A stretch of 64,000 nt of DNA from Octopus sinensis (Eukaryota), in NCBI RefSeq assembly GCF_006345805.1, contig NC_043011.1:54200464-54264463 (forward strand), given 5' to 3'. Each line of letters begins with the position of its first letter. Positions within the stretch are counted from its first letter, which is position 1. Under the pieces are notes generated by a model. It had not been told where the DNA came from. It did not search any database and saw nothing but the letters and a program-made list of their open reading frames with translations. The translations under genes were made by a program, and so were the position numbers. Shown here piece after piece: positions 13,399-27,299 of the stretch.

Positions 13399-13834
13399 GT
13401 CTGTCTATCTATCTGTCTATGTTTCTGTCTATGTTTCTGTCTATGTTTCTGTCTGTCTATAATTTTAGCTGATGATGTATAACCCTTGGAAATTTGAAGT
13501 AATCCGATTTCCGATCTTTTTTTCCCTCTCCGGTGAGGAGTAGGCGCCCGGGTGTATACATCGCAGAGGACCAGAAAATATAGTAGAAAAAATTCCTCCC
13601 GACGTTAAAATAATTCTGCTAATTCTGTGGTGCCAATGACATCTTTCTTCAGAAATGATATATTTGGAACTACATTATCCAACGACGCCTTGCTTCAGTT
13701 AAGTTATGATTCGAAGTAGATTTGATCGTAGTTTGAGCGACCGCGAAGAGGACGCCCATTCTTGGGTTGTATCCAGCCATGCTGTTCACGAAAGAATTCA
13801 TAAGAGGTAGTTCTTGTCTTAGTACTGGTCACCA

Positions 13835-14150
13835 ATCCATCCACGTCTACCCCCAATTCCACGGAAGGTCGCTGGAATAGAGTCCTCAAGCACTTCCTCC
13901 GTAGGATCCTATGAGAATCAAACGTCACTAGACTTTCCGGCTGGTATCCCAAGCGTGACCATCTGAGCTAGTATTGCACCATCTCATTCTTGGTCTATCC
14001 CTAGGTCTCGTGCTGGTTGGCTCGGCTTGCAGGATCCGTATTGCGATTCTTTCCTTCGGCATTCCAATCACTGGTCCATAGTACCGGAGCTGTAACCTCT
14101 CAATGCGGAGAAGTAACAGCTTGAACTGGGACTTTTAGTGCTAGCTTCTC
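13835..14150 (-). mobile_element. RTE-clade (Expander/Rex3-like) LINE 3' end
   Basis: Minus strand reads LLLRIERLQLRYYGPVIGMPKERIAIRILQAEPTSTRPRDRPRMRW...RLGYQPESL; GGATGGAT tail near 13835-13842. Confidence 0.85.
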
Positions 14151-15140
14151 CTATAATTATTTTCAAATTTTATATTTTAAACCAACAACACAAAGTAAAA
14201 AGAAGAACTGGCCGAAAGAAAGGACTCCAGTATTGCACTGGTTTTTAAATCAACAACTTTGCCGGATGAAAATTGAAATCAAAACCGCAACAGGATTAGA
14301 ATCCAAGGCACAACCGAAGAATGGTGAGAAGGTAGCGAGGAACCGATGGGTTGTCTTGAAATCGAAAATCTGGCTAAGGTGTTTGCAATAGATTGGGTCG
14401 GGGCCGAGGTAAAAATACACAAAAGTCAGAGGTTGACGTTAAACGGTGTAAACTTATCTGCCAACATAGATTATTGAAAAGGACGGGTGCGATCTATTAT
14501 GAAACGTTAAACGATTTCATTGTACACCTCCGACATGATCATGGGCTTACCTACTTCTGCATCGTAACATAAAAACATCAGAAACAAATACATCAGCGAA
14601 TGTAGCTGTACACGAGGAATTTTAATGATTATTTCATTGTTATTGTATATACATACATACATATACACCCAAAAGCACATACACATATGAATATATACAT
14701 ATGTATAAATATATATATGTTTGTATGATATATATGAATATATAAATGAGGATCAACTCTGGTTGCTTAAACCATCGAGTTTGGAATTTTACGAATCAAA
14801 GCGATATATTTGAAGTAGGGTACATATAAGATGTATGTACCCTTTACCCAGCTGCCTCCCATAAAAACGAAGGATTCTTATCAAAATCTAACTTGTTATT
14901 TGCATTAATTTTATATATTTTAGACATGCATTGCATTCCTGGAATTCTTGAGAGAAAACCACCACCGGCACACATGTATGTATGTATGTATGTATGTATG
15001 TATGTATGTATGTATGTATGTATGTATGTATGTATGTACGTACGTGTGTATGAATGTATATGTATATATATAAAATATACATATAATGCACATATATGTA
15101 TATATAGAGGAACAGATATATATGTATATATATATATATA

Positions 15141-16362
15141 TATTTATGCATATATATATGTGTGTGTGTATATATATAAGAGATAGAGAGGCTCAGGGAG
15201 AGAGAGAGAGAGAAAGGAGGAAGAGGAGAGAAAGAGAGGGGAGAGAACTGACAAAAACACACATTCGAGTATACACAAATATGCACTCTCTTTCACATAC
15301 ACGCACACATACACAAATGTATACACAGACACATACATTTGAATTCATGCACACAGACATACAAATATGCATACATATGTACGTATACAAACACACACAC
15401 ACACACACACATATCTACATATACACACACACACAGAAGCACAGACCGTGAGAAAAAAAGACAGAAAGTGTAAACTATAATAAAATATGAAGAGAAGGAA
15501 TTATAAACTTGAGAAATACCTGGATACGGTCCCTATGCGTGTATACACAGACACACACACACACACACACATATAATATATATATATATACACACACATA
15601 TATATACACACACATATATACATATCTATGTATATATATACATATATACACACACATATATATATACACACACATGTATATATATATACATATATACACA
15701 CACATATATACATATATATACACCTATGCATACACACACATATATACATATCTACGTATATATACATATATATACATATCTATGATATATATACATATAT
15801 ATACATATCTATGTATATATATATACATATATACACACACATGTATGTGTATACATATATATACATATGTATATATATATACACGCACACACTGACACGC
15901 ACATACACACACACACTTGTACATATATACACACACATGTATATATATATATATTATTTATGCATATATATATGTGTGTGTGTATATATATAAGAGATAG
16001 AGAGGCTCAGGGAGAGAGAGAGAGAGAAAGGAGGAAGAGGAGAGAAAGAGAGGGGAGAGAACTGACAAAAACACACATTCGAGTATACACAAATATGCAC
16101 TCTCTTTCACATACACGCACACATACACAAATGTATACACAGACACATACATTTGAATTCATGCACACAGACATACAAATATGCATACACATATGTACGT
16201 ATACAAACACACACACACACACATATCTACATATACACACACACACAGAAGCACAGACCGTGAGAAAAAAAGACAGAAAGTGTAAACTATAATAAAATAT
16301 GAAGAGAAGGAATTATAAACTTGAGAAATACCTGGATACGGTCCCTATGCGTGTATACACAG

Positions 16363-16401
<39 letters not shown>

Positions 16402-16722
16402 CACACACATATATATATACACACACATATATGCATATATATTCACATATACACATATGTATATACACATATCTATATACACATATACACATATATACAT
16501 ATATATACACCTATGCATACACACACATATATACATATCTACGTATATATACATATATATACATATCTATGTATATATATACATATATATACATATCTAT
16601 GTATATATATATACATATATACACACACATGTATGTGTATACATATATATACATATGTATATATATATACACGCACACACTGACACGCACATACACACAC
16701 ACTTGTACATATATACACACAC

Positions 16723-16745
<23 letters not shown>
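15141..16745 (+). repeat. Tandem duplication of an about 814 bp low-complexity unit
   Basis: Unique anchors (aggctcagggaga, gaaatacctggatacggtccctatgc, acacttgtacat) each occur twice about 790-815 bp apart. Confidence 0.9.
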
Positions 16746-16768
<23 letters not shown>

Positions 16769-17644
16769 TGGCTGAGAAAGGTAGACGCAGACAGGCGCAC
16801 TTAGGCGAGCACCTGTGATCAATCATGAAAAGGTATTAAAAAATCTTTTACCCACGCCTCACTTCCTTCAGCCTCATTCCTGTATAGTATCTTTCTACTT
16901 GGTTTTATTGGCGGGGGCGGGTGGTGTAGGGTGCGCAGGCGGTGTGGAGCATAAACAACCAGCTTTTATAGATTCGCACAACCACCGACCATCCACCAAC
17001 AAGAGCAGCAGCAACGCCGCCACTACAATCATCACCACTTTCAAAACCCTCCATCTCCACTACCACTCCAACAACAACAACAACACCGCCACCTCCGCTA
17101 CTGCGGTAATGACCGTCACCACCAACACCGCCATCACTGCCAACCTCACAATCGCGATCATCGCGGTTTCGATCTCAAAGACCATGACCATCACCACCAC
17201 TATCACCACCTCTACCATCATCTTCACCACCAGCACTACCACCACCACAACCCAATGCCACCACCACCCCAACCCAATGCCACCACCACCACCATTACTC
17301 TTGCCGCCGCCACCACCACCACCACTACTAAAGATAATTCAACTAAAGATAATCCAACCGTGATAATCCCCAAATTTTCCTATCCTCGGGAAATCAATAC
17401 CGTATCATATTTCCAGATATTGCGTGCCTTAACTAATGTTGTCCTTCTGTTTTTAAACGGTCGAGTGTTATTTAAAAGAAATTTGGCTGCTATTTCTACC
17501 AGGTCGGATGAATACATTGAGTCCCCTCCTTGGCCCATATTGTATTTCTTGTAAATCTTCTCTACACATTATTCTGCTGGTGTTGTTGTTTTCCTACTGA
17601 TGTTTTATTGTTGTTGTTGTTGGCATTAGCTACTTGTTGTTGCT

Positions 17645-17697
<53 letters not shown>

Positions 17698-18174
17698 TGT
17701 TGTTTGAACTCTCATGGTGTCCGTGATATCTTTATGACTGCCTCCGTCTATACGTTGTTGCTTTTGTTAAACAGCTCATAAATCATAGACATCCACCACC
17801 ACCACCACCACCACCACTACCACCCATACTACTGCCGCCAACGCCACATCTGCCACTACCATCACCATAACCACCACCATCTCCATCATCACCACGACCA
17901 CCTCCACCACTTCTACCACCCTCACAAGCACCTCTACTACCACCACCACCATCACTATAATGATTATCATCATCATCATCATCATCAACAATGACAACAG
18001 CAACAGTGTTCTTGGGCTCCAGGTGGATGCACCACAGATGCGTCTGGTATTGTTGTCATCCAGCAGCCAACGCCACCTCCACACACACACTCCATCCCAG
18101 CACCAGGGCTCCAATAATCTGATTTATGAATGAGTCCTTCTCAACCACGACCACCCTGTCGTATTAATTTCTTT

Positions 18175-18570
18175 GAGTGGCTGTGTGGCAAGTAGCTTGC
18201 TAACCAACCACATGGTTCCGGGTTCAGTCCCACTGCGTGGCATCTTGGGCAAATGTCTTCTGCTATAGCCCCGGGCCGACCAATGCCTTGTGAGTGGATT
18301 TGGTAGACGGAAACTGAAAGAAGCCTGTCGTATATATGTATATATATATATGTATGTGTGTCTGTGTTTGTCCCCCTAGCATTGCTTGACAACCGATGCT
18401 GGTGTGTTTACGTCCCCGTCACCTAGCGGTTCGGCGAAAGAGACCGATAGAATAAGTACTGGGCTTACAAAGAATAAGTCCCGGGGCCGATTTGGTCGAC
18501 TAAAGGCGGCGCTCCAGCATGGCCGCAGTCAAATGACTGAAACAAGTAAAAGAGCAAAAGAGCAAAGAGC
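18175..18570 (+). mobile_element. CORE-type tRNA SINE family B, near full length
   Basis: tggctgtgtgg A box, gggttcagtccc B box, CORE-like catcttgggcaaatgtctt, internal (TA)/(TG), tail aagtaaaagag. Confidence 0.9.
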
Positions 18571-18649
18571 ATATATATACACGCGCGCGCTCACACACAC
18601 ACACACACATATATATATTATATATATATATATTATATATATATATATA

Positions 18650-18800
18650 ACAGGCTTCTTTAAGTTTCCGTCTACAAAACCTACTCACAAGGCTTTGGTC
18701 GGCCGGAGTTTATAGTAGAAGACACTTGTCCAAAGTGCCATGCTGTGAGACTGAACTCTGAACAATGTGGTTGAGAAACAAGTTTCTTACCACACAGCCA
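18650..18800 (-). mobile_element. SINE family B 5' half
   Basis: Reverse complement of the head of 18175-18330. Confidence 0.85.
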
Positions 18801-19076
18801 CACATCCACACTTGCGTCTGTACACATTATCGAGAAATACACGTCTGGAAAAACACCTGGATGTATTTACACCTGCAGATATTTGCAAAATATAAGCAGC
18901 TGTATATATATATATATTTACACCTGCATAAATAATTTACAAAATATACACGCAAGTACATATTTACTTTATATTTCTATTTATCTTATAACCACTCATA
19001 TACATACATACCCATGCATGCACACAAGCATGTATGCAAATATTGTGTTTGCATATACAAAAATATATTCAATACG

Positions 19077-19141
<65 letters not shown>

Positions 19142-19280
19142 TATATACATAATTATAACAAGCGCTTGGCTTGCGCCTCCCCACGCACTGAAAAATAGAC
19201 GTCAAATGACACCATTACCACCATAAATTCTTCGAGAATAAACACGCCACATAATAGGCGAACAAAAGAAAGAAAATGAA

Positions 19281-20547
19281 TTAGGTTGTCAAGAAAGTTC
19301 TTGAGGAATTTTTAATTTTGGTTTTAAATTATGTATTTTCAAATTAATTTTCGCTAAATTACTTTGACTTTATATATTATTTTAAAGTCCCCCGTTTTCC
19401 GCTCTATCTAATCGTATTATTCTTTTTCTTTTTGAATAATTAGGCCATTTTTTCCGGAACGTTGAACATGAACAAAAAGCAAATTCGCACAATTTTCTTA
19501 TTCCAGTTCAAGCTAGGCCGAAAAGCTGCTGAAACAGCTCGCGATATCAACGAAGCGTTTGGCCCAGGAACCACTAAAGAATGTACAGCAAGCACAATGG
19601 TGGTTCAAGAAATTTCGTAGTGGTGACGAGAGTCTTGAAGTTGATAAGCGTCGTGGTCGGCCATCGGATGTTGACAACGATCAACTAAGAACCTTAGTCG
19701 AAGACAATCCACGCACAACTGTTCGAGAGCTTGCTTCTGAATTAGACATAACGTAAACAACAATTTCCAAGCACTTGAAAGAGATTGAAAAGCAAAAATA
19801 CTTGAGAAATGGGTGCTGCACGAATTGAACGCACCCCCCCCCCCCCAAAAAAACCGTCGTTTTGAAGTGTCATCTTCCTTTCTTTTACGTAACAAGAACG
19901 ACCCGTTTCTCGACCGGTTTATGACTTGCGATGTAAAGTGGATTCTTTACGACAACCGGCGACGCTCAGCTCGACGAAGATCCACGGCACTTCCCGAAGC
20001 CAAAGTTGCACCAAAAGAAGGTCATGGGGACTGTTTGTGGTCTGCGGCCGGACTCATCCATCACAGCTTTTTGGATCCAGGTGAAATCATTGCGGCAGAG
20101 AAGTACTGTCATCAAATAGATGAAATGCATAAGAAACTCCGACAGCAACAGCCAGCATTGGTTCAATTTTTCTCCACGACAACGCTCAGCCGCACGTAGC
20201 ATAATTGACCCTGCAGAAGTTGAACGAATTGGGCTACGAAACTCTGCCTCATCCGCCATACTCACCAGTCCTCTCGCCTACCGACTTCCACTTTTTCAAG
20301 CATCTCGAAAACTTCCTGTGTGAGAAATGCTTCGAAAACCAAGACGATGCCAAAGAAGCCTTCAGCGACCTCATCGTCACCAGAACGCAGGATTTTTACG
20401 CTACTGGCATAAAAAACTTGTTTCGCGTTGGCAAAAGTGTGTTGATTCTGATGGTGTTTATTTCGATTAATAAAGTTTTGTTTGAGCCGAGATATGTGCA
20501 TCTGAATTTAAAGGTTAAAAACCACAAGAACTTTCTTGACAACCTAA
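19281..20547 (+). mobile_element. Full-length inactive mariner transposon (DD34D, Hsmar1/cecropia-like)
   Basis: TIRs ttaggttgtcaagaaagttcttg / caagaactttcttgacaacctaa; TA on the right side (left flank reads AA); transposase remnants inside. Confidence 0.95.
19468..20471 (+). pseudogene. Frameshifted mariner transposase
   Basis: MNKKQIRTIFLFQFKLGRKAAETARDINEAFG...WFKKFRSGDESLE...TCDVKWILYDN...HDNAQPH-(34 aa spacing)-YSPVLSPTDFHFFKHL; several frameshifts and stops. Confidence 0.92.
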
Positions 20548-20814
20548 TAGAACTTTCGGTTAACCGCGTACAAGATCCTGTTTCCAGCTTAAAGTAGAAA
20601 AACATTTCCTATTGCCTTCATCAGCGTCAGTATTCCGTAGCATAAATTCATGAGTGTCCATATATATATATATATGTGTGTATATATATATCTATATGTG
20701 TGTGTGTGTCTCTGTGTGTGTGTGTGTGTGCTTGTCCCCCAACATCGCTTGATAGTCGATGCTGTGTGTTTTCAGCCCCGTAACCCACCCCCACACACAC
20801 ATAAGCGCTTATAC

Positions 20815-20856
<42 letters not shown>

Positions 20857-21864
20857 GCATATGCACTTATACATAAAATTATACACATACACACACACAT
20901 GTTCTTATACAAGAATGTTGCTGAGAGTGACTTCGAAGTTCCGACTTCCGAAACTTCGAAGCATAAGAACGATAAATTTGTGCTCTACAAAAGTATAGAG
21001 TAACCTGTCAGATTAACGTAAAATAGTTTTCATTGTAATTGAACACAATAACAAACATTAATACACACACACACACACACACACATCTGGTGTTTCAACG
21101 ATCATGCAGTAATATGTACATATGCACGTTCGTGCATGCGTATGTGCATAGCGAGTGTCTTGGCATTTATTCAAATGAGGCGTGGAAGAAATTATGTAAG
21201 CTTCATCTTCATAACTTTGAAACTATTAGCAGCATGTCAAGGGGAGTAATTTGCCGCAGGTGGCGCTATATTGTCATGCTGAGTTAAGAACCACAACTGA
21301 GGACAAACATCTGTTAAAGTGCTCTTTTTGTTTTTTGTTTTGCATTTTGTTTTTGGTTTGGGTCACATTCCAATACTGACGGTTGTGCAAGCTTAGGAGC
21401 CCACTTCAACCTTTGTGTCAATCTCCTACATTTTTATGTAATATCAGTTATCACGATTTTATCTTACCACCGACCATAGTTTACGAACGATGGCATGAAC
21501 CTAATGTACGGGCGCAGTTAGCTGTTACAAAAGAAAACCAATATATAAATATGTATTTGGGTGCATGCGCCTATACATTATATATATAACATATTTAGAA
21601 TGATAAGGTAGTCAGAATGTTAGATGATTATATAATGTTTTTTTTATTAATTTACAACTTATTTACATTTTTAGAGCTTTCTTTCGTTATCGGATTTATC
21701 AAAAAAATTTTGTTAAGTCTGAAAACAGAAAAAAGCGCTAAAACTGTAAATATACATATAATGTATATAAAAATGTAAATATACATATAATCATCCAACA
21801 TTCTGACTTATTAATACAAATGTACAATATCTGTACATCACTTCAAAAACTCTCTCTCTATATA

Positions 21865-22380
21865 CCGTAAATCCTCGAGTATAATCCGCATTTTCCTCCC
21901 AAAATTTGAAGGTCAAAATCCCCAGTACGTACTGTATACGAGGTTAAAAATGAAAAATATTTTCTAAGCAATGTCTCTATTTGCTGTTCGGCAATGTTTA
22001 TTCAAACGTATTTTGTGATGTCGGGCACGAAAATACCTTAAGCTAAGCCTGAAATCAATGAAGTCATAAAAGAATCGTCCATAACTTGCAGTAAGCAACA
22101 TTTATTAAAATAAAAGTATTCAGAACACAGAATAACATGTAACAAAAACAATTTGCAAACATATTTACATTCCCATATAACAGTTAAGAACACCGCCATT
22201 ATTGTATTACGCATGTGCGGAAGTGTTTGTTCCACTAGGTGCTGCTGGCTTAATTACACACGACTCAAGTCAGAGAAGGGGTGCGTATTATACACATGGT
22301 TTAGGTTTTTCAGAAGTACAGCCTCCTAAAAGTCCCCTGCGTATTATACTCAAGGGTAGACTATACTCGAGGATTTACGG
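21865..22380 (+). mobile_element. pogo/Tigger-type MITE, copy 1 (516 bp)
   Basis: TIR ccgtaaatcctcgagtata / tatactcgaggatttacgg; TA on both sides. Confidence 0.92.
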
Positions 22381-22394
22381 TATATTGTTTATCT

Positions 22395-22578
22395 GTTATC
22401 TTTTGTTTCAGACTCTGGCCATGGTGTAGCGCCTCGAAGAATTTTAGTCGAAAGAATCGACCCCCAGTGCTTAGTTTTTTTTTTTCAGCTTGGTATTTGT
22501 TTTGTCGATCATTTAGCCGAACCGCTAAGTTACGGGGGACTGAATACACCAACACCGATTGTCAAGCTGTGGTGGAAG
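22395..22578 (-). mobile_element. SINE family B 3' part
   Basis: ggccatg...gccgaaccgctaagttacgggg...gtcaag. Confidence 0.8.
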
Positions 22579-22948
22579 ACTTGAGTCATGGAGGTCTGTA
22601 TATCATCCTTGGTTTGTAACAATGTATACGATAACGTCCTTTATTATTATCGTACATATAACATAATGAAAACGTGTGGCTTTTTTGTGCATTTTGCTTG
22701 CAGAAAATAAAGAAATAACTGTAATAACGTTTAATAAATGATTCTAACTGCAAGTTATGGATGATTTAAGGTATTTTCGCGCCCGACATCACAAAATGCG
22801 TCTGAATAAACATTGCCGGATAGCAAATAGAGACTCGGACATTGCTTAGAAAATAATTTTCAGTTTTAACCTGGTATATAGTACACACTAGGGATTTTGA
22901 CCATTAAATTTTGGGAAAAAAGTGCGGATTATACTCGAGGATTTACGG
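22579..22948 (-). mobile_element. Same MITE, copy 2, inverted and truncated
   Basis: Reverse complement of 25141-25540; one TIR plus TA at 22949-22950. Confidence 0.9.
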
Positions 22949-23815
22949 TACCAATAAAACCATAGAAATTCAGTTTGTCTGTCTGTCTGTGCCTCTCACA
23001 CACTGACAAACACAACAAAATAGACCCGTATTACACCAGACACCATCCCAGTTGCCATCAGTCTTAACCTCAAACAATCAAAACGTATACACGACATCAT
23101 CAAAAGTATATACAAGTCTCTTGCCGACGTTACATCTGTAAAATCTTTTTGAATATTTTAACTTAATCAGTCATTGATATTTAAAAATGGCGGCTCGTCA
23201 AAGGTTATCTATAAGCCATGTTTGGCTTTGTTTTATTTCTTTTGCGTTTTTTATTACATTGTTGTCCACGGAGAACTCTTTGACTTTCTCTCTCTGTTTC
23301 TCTCTCTCTCTCTTTTTCTGTCTACACACACACACACATACACACACACATGCACTCACAAACCAGTGTATATTTGTTTGCCTGTTTATGTATTTCTAGT
23401 TGTTCCGTTATATACGCGTAGTGAGGGTGAGTGTGTGTGTATATATATATATACACACACACATATATATACAAACGCACACACATATATATATATATAC
23501 AAACACACACACATATATATATATATACAAACACACACACATATATATATATACACACATATATATATACACACATATATATACACACATATATAAATAT
23601 ATATACACAAATATATATAAACACACACGTACACACATATACATACACACATATATATATACATACACACACACAAACATTTATAGGAAAGTGGAGAACA
23701 TGTAAGTATCCCACGAGAAACTAAATATCATCGCACTATGAAGGGAACGGCTTCAAACAACGATGCTACCAGAGAGGGAGAGATAGAGACAGATAGAGAG
23801 AGAGAGAGAGAGTCA

Positions 23816-23868
<53 letters not shown>

Positions 23869-24599
23869 TGTGTGTGTTGTTTCCATGGTTGCAAATGTGG
23901 CCGTAAAGCAGAAGTAAACATTGATTGTCTCTCTCAGTGGCAATTCCTTTTCACCAAATCTATTCCTTCCTTCGTCCCGTTCATCCTCTCGGTAGCAGAT
24001 TAAGCATTAAGTATTACGTAAATATAGAAACAACAAGCACCTTCACCTACTAAGGTGTGAGACAACGCCACCTAGGAAGAATCAGGGTAGTAATTACTGC
24101 AGTCCCCCTTTATTTCTGATGTCGTGGGGGGTTTAGTTGCAGTGATATTCACCGTCATACCTTTTAAAGAAGTCTATCACAGGACCTCATTACCTTGCCC
24201 CTGTTTGTGGTAAGACGCTAATGGTTCAAGATGTATGCGGGGCTCGGACAACATCTTTGGATTTGTCCCACACGGGGTAGAAACTTCCTAACAAAGCTCC
24301 ATGTATCCGCGGATGGTGAATGTCAAACAATATTTTAAATGCTAGTCTTTACATGATCCAAGACTGAAGTTTCATCGATGAGTAGAGTTGTAGAAAGATG
24401 CTATGCAAAAGATGTTAGGAGAATATAGACCTTTAGAGCTGTAAAAAATATTATCCCCATAAGATGTGAAAAGAGGAACTTCCATTCTAGTCACAGGAGT
24501 TCTAAGGATAAAGCGTGATGGTCAGGTTGGAACAATACATTAAGAGTGCAACCCACTGGCCTCTAATGACAAATAGGAGCAAGCGGTTTTCATCTGCCT

Positions 24600-24960
24600 G
24601 ATATCTATAGCCAACTCGGCCTGTCTTTTTATAGATAGCTTCCTTTCAACCCATTTCTGGAAAAGACGCCGCCGCATGATCCTCGTCCCAGTACTTAGCC
24701 ATTTCGTAGTACGGCTCAAACCATACCGGCACTTTAGCCAGATTGTCCGTGCTGTGACCTAACAGGACTCACAGTCACTGATCGACAAAGACCTCTCATG
24801 TCGGATGATCACTGGATAGTTCTAGTTAATGAGTACTGCCATTAACATCTCGTATTCTTTCAGTATGGTACCGATAGTCTCGATTTCTGAAGGGCCTCAC
24901 ATCATCACGGTATGCTATAGCCATCCTGCTTTTATTTAGAGAGGGGCCATATCAGCCACT
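24600..24960 (-). mobile_element. Old Tx1-clade RT fragment
   Basis: Minus strand AYRDDV (YxDD, about 24898-24915), ETIGTILKEYE..., VWFEP..EMAKYWDE, QKWVERKLSIKRQAELA; collinear with the Tx1 at 7855. Confidence 0.7.
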
Positions 24961-25140
24961 CAGGTTTTCACAGCAGAGACTCAAGGGGCAAAACACACAG
25001 AAGAAATAGAAAGAGGCATTCTTGACGGACCGAGCGTACAATAGAAAACAGTTTCGATGGAAGTGATTTACTGACTTGACCAATCAGATATCAGTGTACA
25101 AAGCAAAGAAAACCAAAATCAAACAGTTTATAAACGGATA

Positions 25141-25652
25141 CCGTAAATCCTCGAGTATAATCCGTATTTTCCCCCAAAAAATTTAAAGGTCAAAATCCCT
25201 AGTGTGTACTATATACGAGGTTAAAATGAAAATTATTTTCTAAGCAACGTCCGAGTCTCTATTTGCTGTCCGGCAATGTTTATTCAGACGCATTTTGTGA
25301 TGTCGGGCGCGAAAATACCTTAAGCTAAGCCTGAAAGCAATGAAGTCATAAAAGAATCATCCATAACTTGCAGTAAGCAACATTTATTAATCGTTATTAC
25401 TGTTATTTCTTTATTTTCTACAAACAAAATGCACAAAAAAGCTACACGTTTGCATTATGTTATATATACAATAATAATAAAGGACGTTACCGTATACATT
25501 TTTACAAACCAAGGACGTTATATAGACCTCCTTGACTCAAGTTAGAGAAGGGGTGCGTATTATACACAATGTTTAGGTTTTTCAGAGGTACAGCCCCCTA
25601 AAAATCCCCTGCGTATTATACTCAAGGGTGGACTATACTCGAGGATTTACGG
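25141..25652 (+). mobile_element. Same MITE, copy 3 (512 bp)
   Basis: Both TIRs and TA duplications (25139-40, 25653-54). Confidence 0.92.
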
Positions 25653-26289
25653 TATTCCAAACTAAACCAAATTTATCAGCACCCCGCCAAAGTCAGGTAT
25701 GTACTCGAACTTCTGTACGATGTAGAACTAAGGGTTGTCCAAGTAAAATACGGCAAGCAGTAACTTCGCTGCGAGTTCCATGACCGAAATCTCACACGTC
25801 TTTCTCGGTGCCGTCTTCTCTCGGCAGAATCACTACCCGCAGTTGCTCCACACAACTAGGAATTTCCCATTATGCTTTTTGTTAAGACAGACAGCTGCCA
25901 AGACGAAAGAGAACAAGCGAGTTAGAAACCATCCAGTGCCATAAATTTTTCGGTAATTCTCCACCTCTGCGTTTGCTATTTTCTGGATGGGAAGAGACTA
26001 CCTTGGCATACTTCGTGCCGTTTACTCCGTCCATTTTCATTTTCAGGTTCACGTAACCAAGTGGTGCTTTATTAAATTAAATATTCTTTTATTGATAAGA
26101 ATTTTCGAAGATTGCAAAAGCCGAAATGTAGCCGAAATATAGATTGTTTAGCTCGTCCATAAAACAGCCACTGGTCAGTTGAGCAATAAAAATGCAGAGC
26201 AGATTAACGGACAAAATATAAGGACAAAGTGGACAACAGATATAATAACAAAAATTCGGAATGAATACGAAGTTATAATTCACATCTCA

Positions 26290-26306
26290 ACAACAACAAC
26301 AGCAAC

Positions 26307-26352
<46 letters not shown>

Positions 26353-26790
26353 TATAAGATTCGATTTAATCGAATTTACTTGCCAACGACAAATTTCGAG
26401 CATTTTGTCAATGTCAGCGTCGTTGTCAACACCACCATCAACACCACCACCACCACCACCACAACCAACAACCCACTCTCCTCCTCCTCCTCATCATCAT
26501 CCTCGTCATCATTGTCGTCATCATCATCCTCGTCCTCGTCGTCATCATCATCATCGTCGTCATCTTCATCATCACCATCCTCATCATCATCATCACCATC
26601 CTCATCGTCATCATCATCATCATCCTCGTCATCATTGTCGTCATCACCATCCTCGTCCTCGTCGTCGTCATCATCATCATCATCCTCGTCTTCATCATCA
26701 TCATCATCCTCGCCGTCATCATCATCATCATCATCATCATCGTCGTCGTCATCATCATCGTCGTCGTCTTCATCATCATCATCATCAAGA
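26290..26790. repeat. Compound trinucleotide arrays (AAT, ACC, TCA/TCG/TCC)
   Basis: Direct reading; source of the poly-I/T/S/H ORFs. Confidence 0.95.
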
Positions 26791-27064
26791 TCATCACCCC
26801 CGTATTATTATTATTCTTTTGTTTATCTTATCTCGTACGGAACACGAAGACGGTTCATAATGAAGCACCCCTACCCCTTTCTCCCTCCCCGTTTCCCCAC
26901 CCCCACCCCACCCCGTCCGGCATAAAACATGGCCGCTGTCAGCCTATGCCTGGCTGCCATTAACGTCTATGAGAGATAGCAAGAATTGAAAATTAATTAG
27001 TTAACCAATTAACAATTGGCCACAAAAAACAACAATAACAACAAATGACATAACAAAATATCTC

Positions 27065-27077
27065 TGACCTTTGACCT
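27065..27077 (-). promoter_or_regulatory. Perfect nuclear-receptor DR1 element (AGGTCA-A-AGGTCA)
   Basis: tgacct-t-tgacct in a unique island that also has a YY1-like motif (26926) and TAATTA; function not shown. Confidence 0.4.
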
Positions 27078-27299
27078 TTCGCCTCTTGGCCTTCGAGTTT
27101 CATAGAGAGAGAGGTGGTGGTGGTAGTGGTGGTGGTGGTGGTGGTGGTGGTGATGATGGTGATGGTGATGGGTGAGGAATGTTTGTTGTTTAAGCAGGAA
27201 ATAGATGTTGTTTCATTGATTTGGGAGAGAACAAAGATATGAGAGGAGAGGAGGAGAGGGGGGAAGGGAAAGAGGAGAAAGGGAGAATGAGGGAGAGTA

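Noticed and set aside
18098-18115. REST/RE1-like cagcacc motif
   Set aside because: Right half-site does not match
26179-26925. 248 aa ORF with poly-I/T/S and overlapping poly-H frame
   Set aside because: Entirely explained by stop-free trinucleotide arrays; no domain or splice evidence
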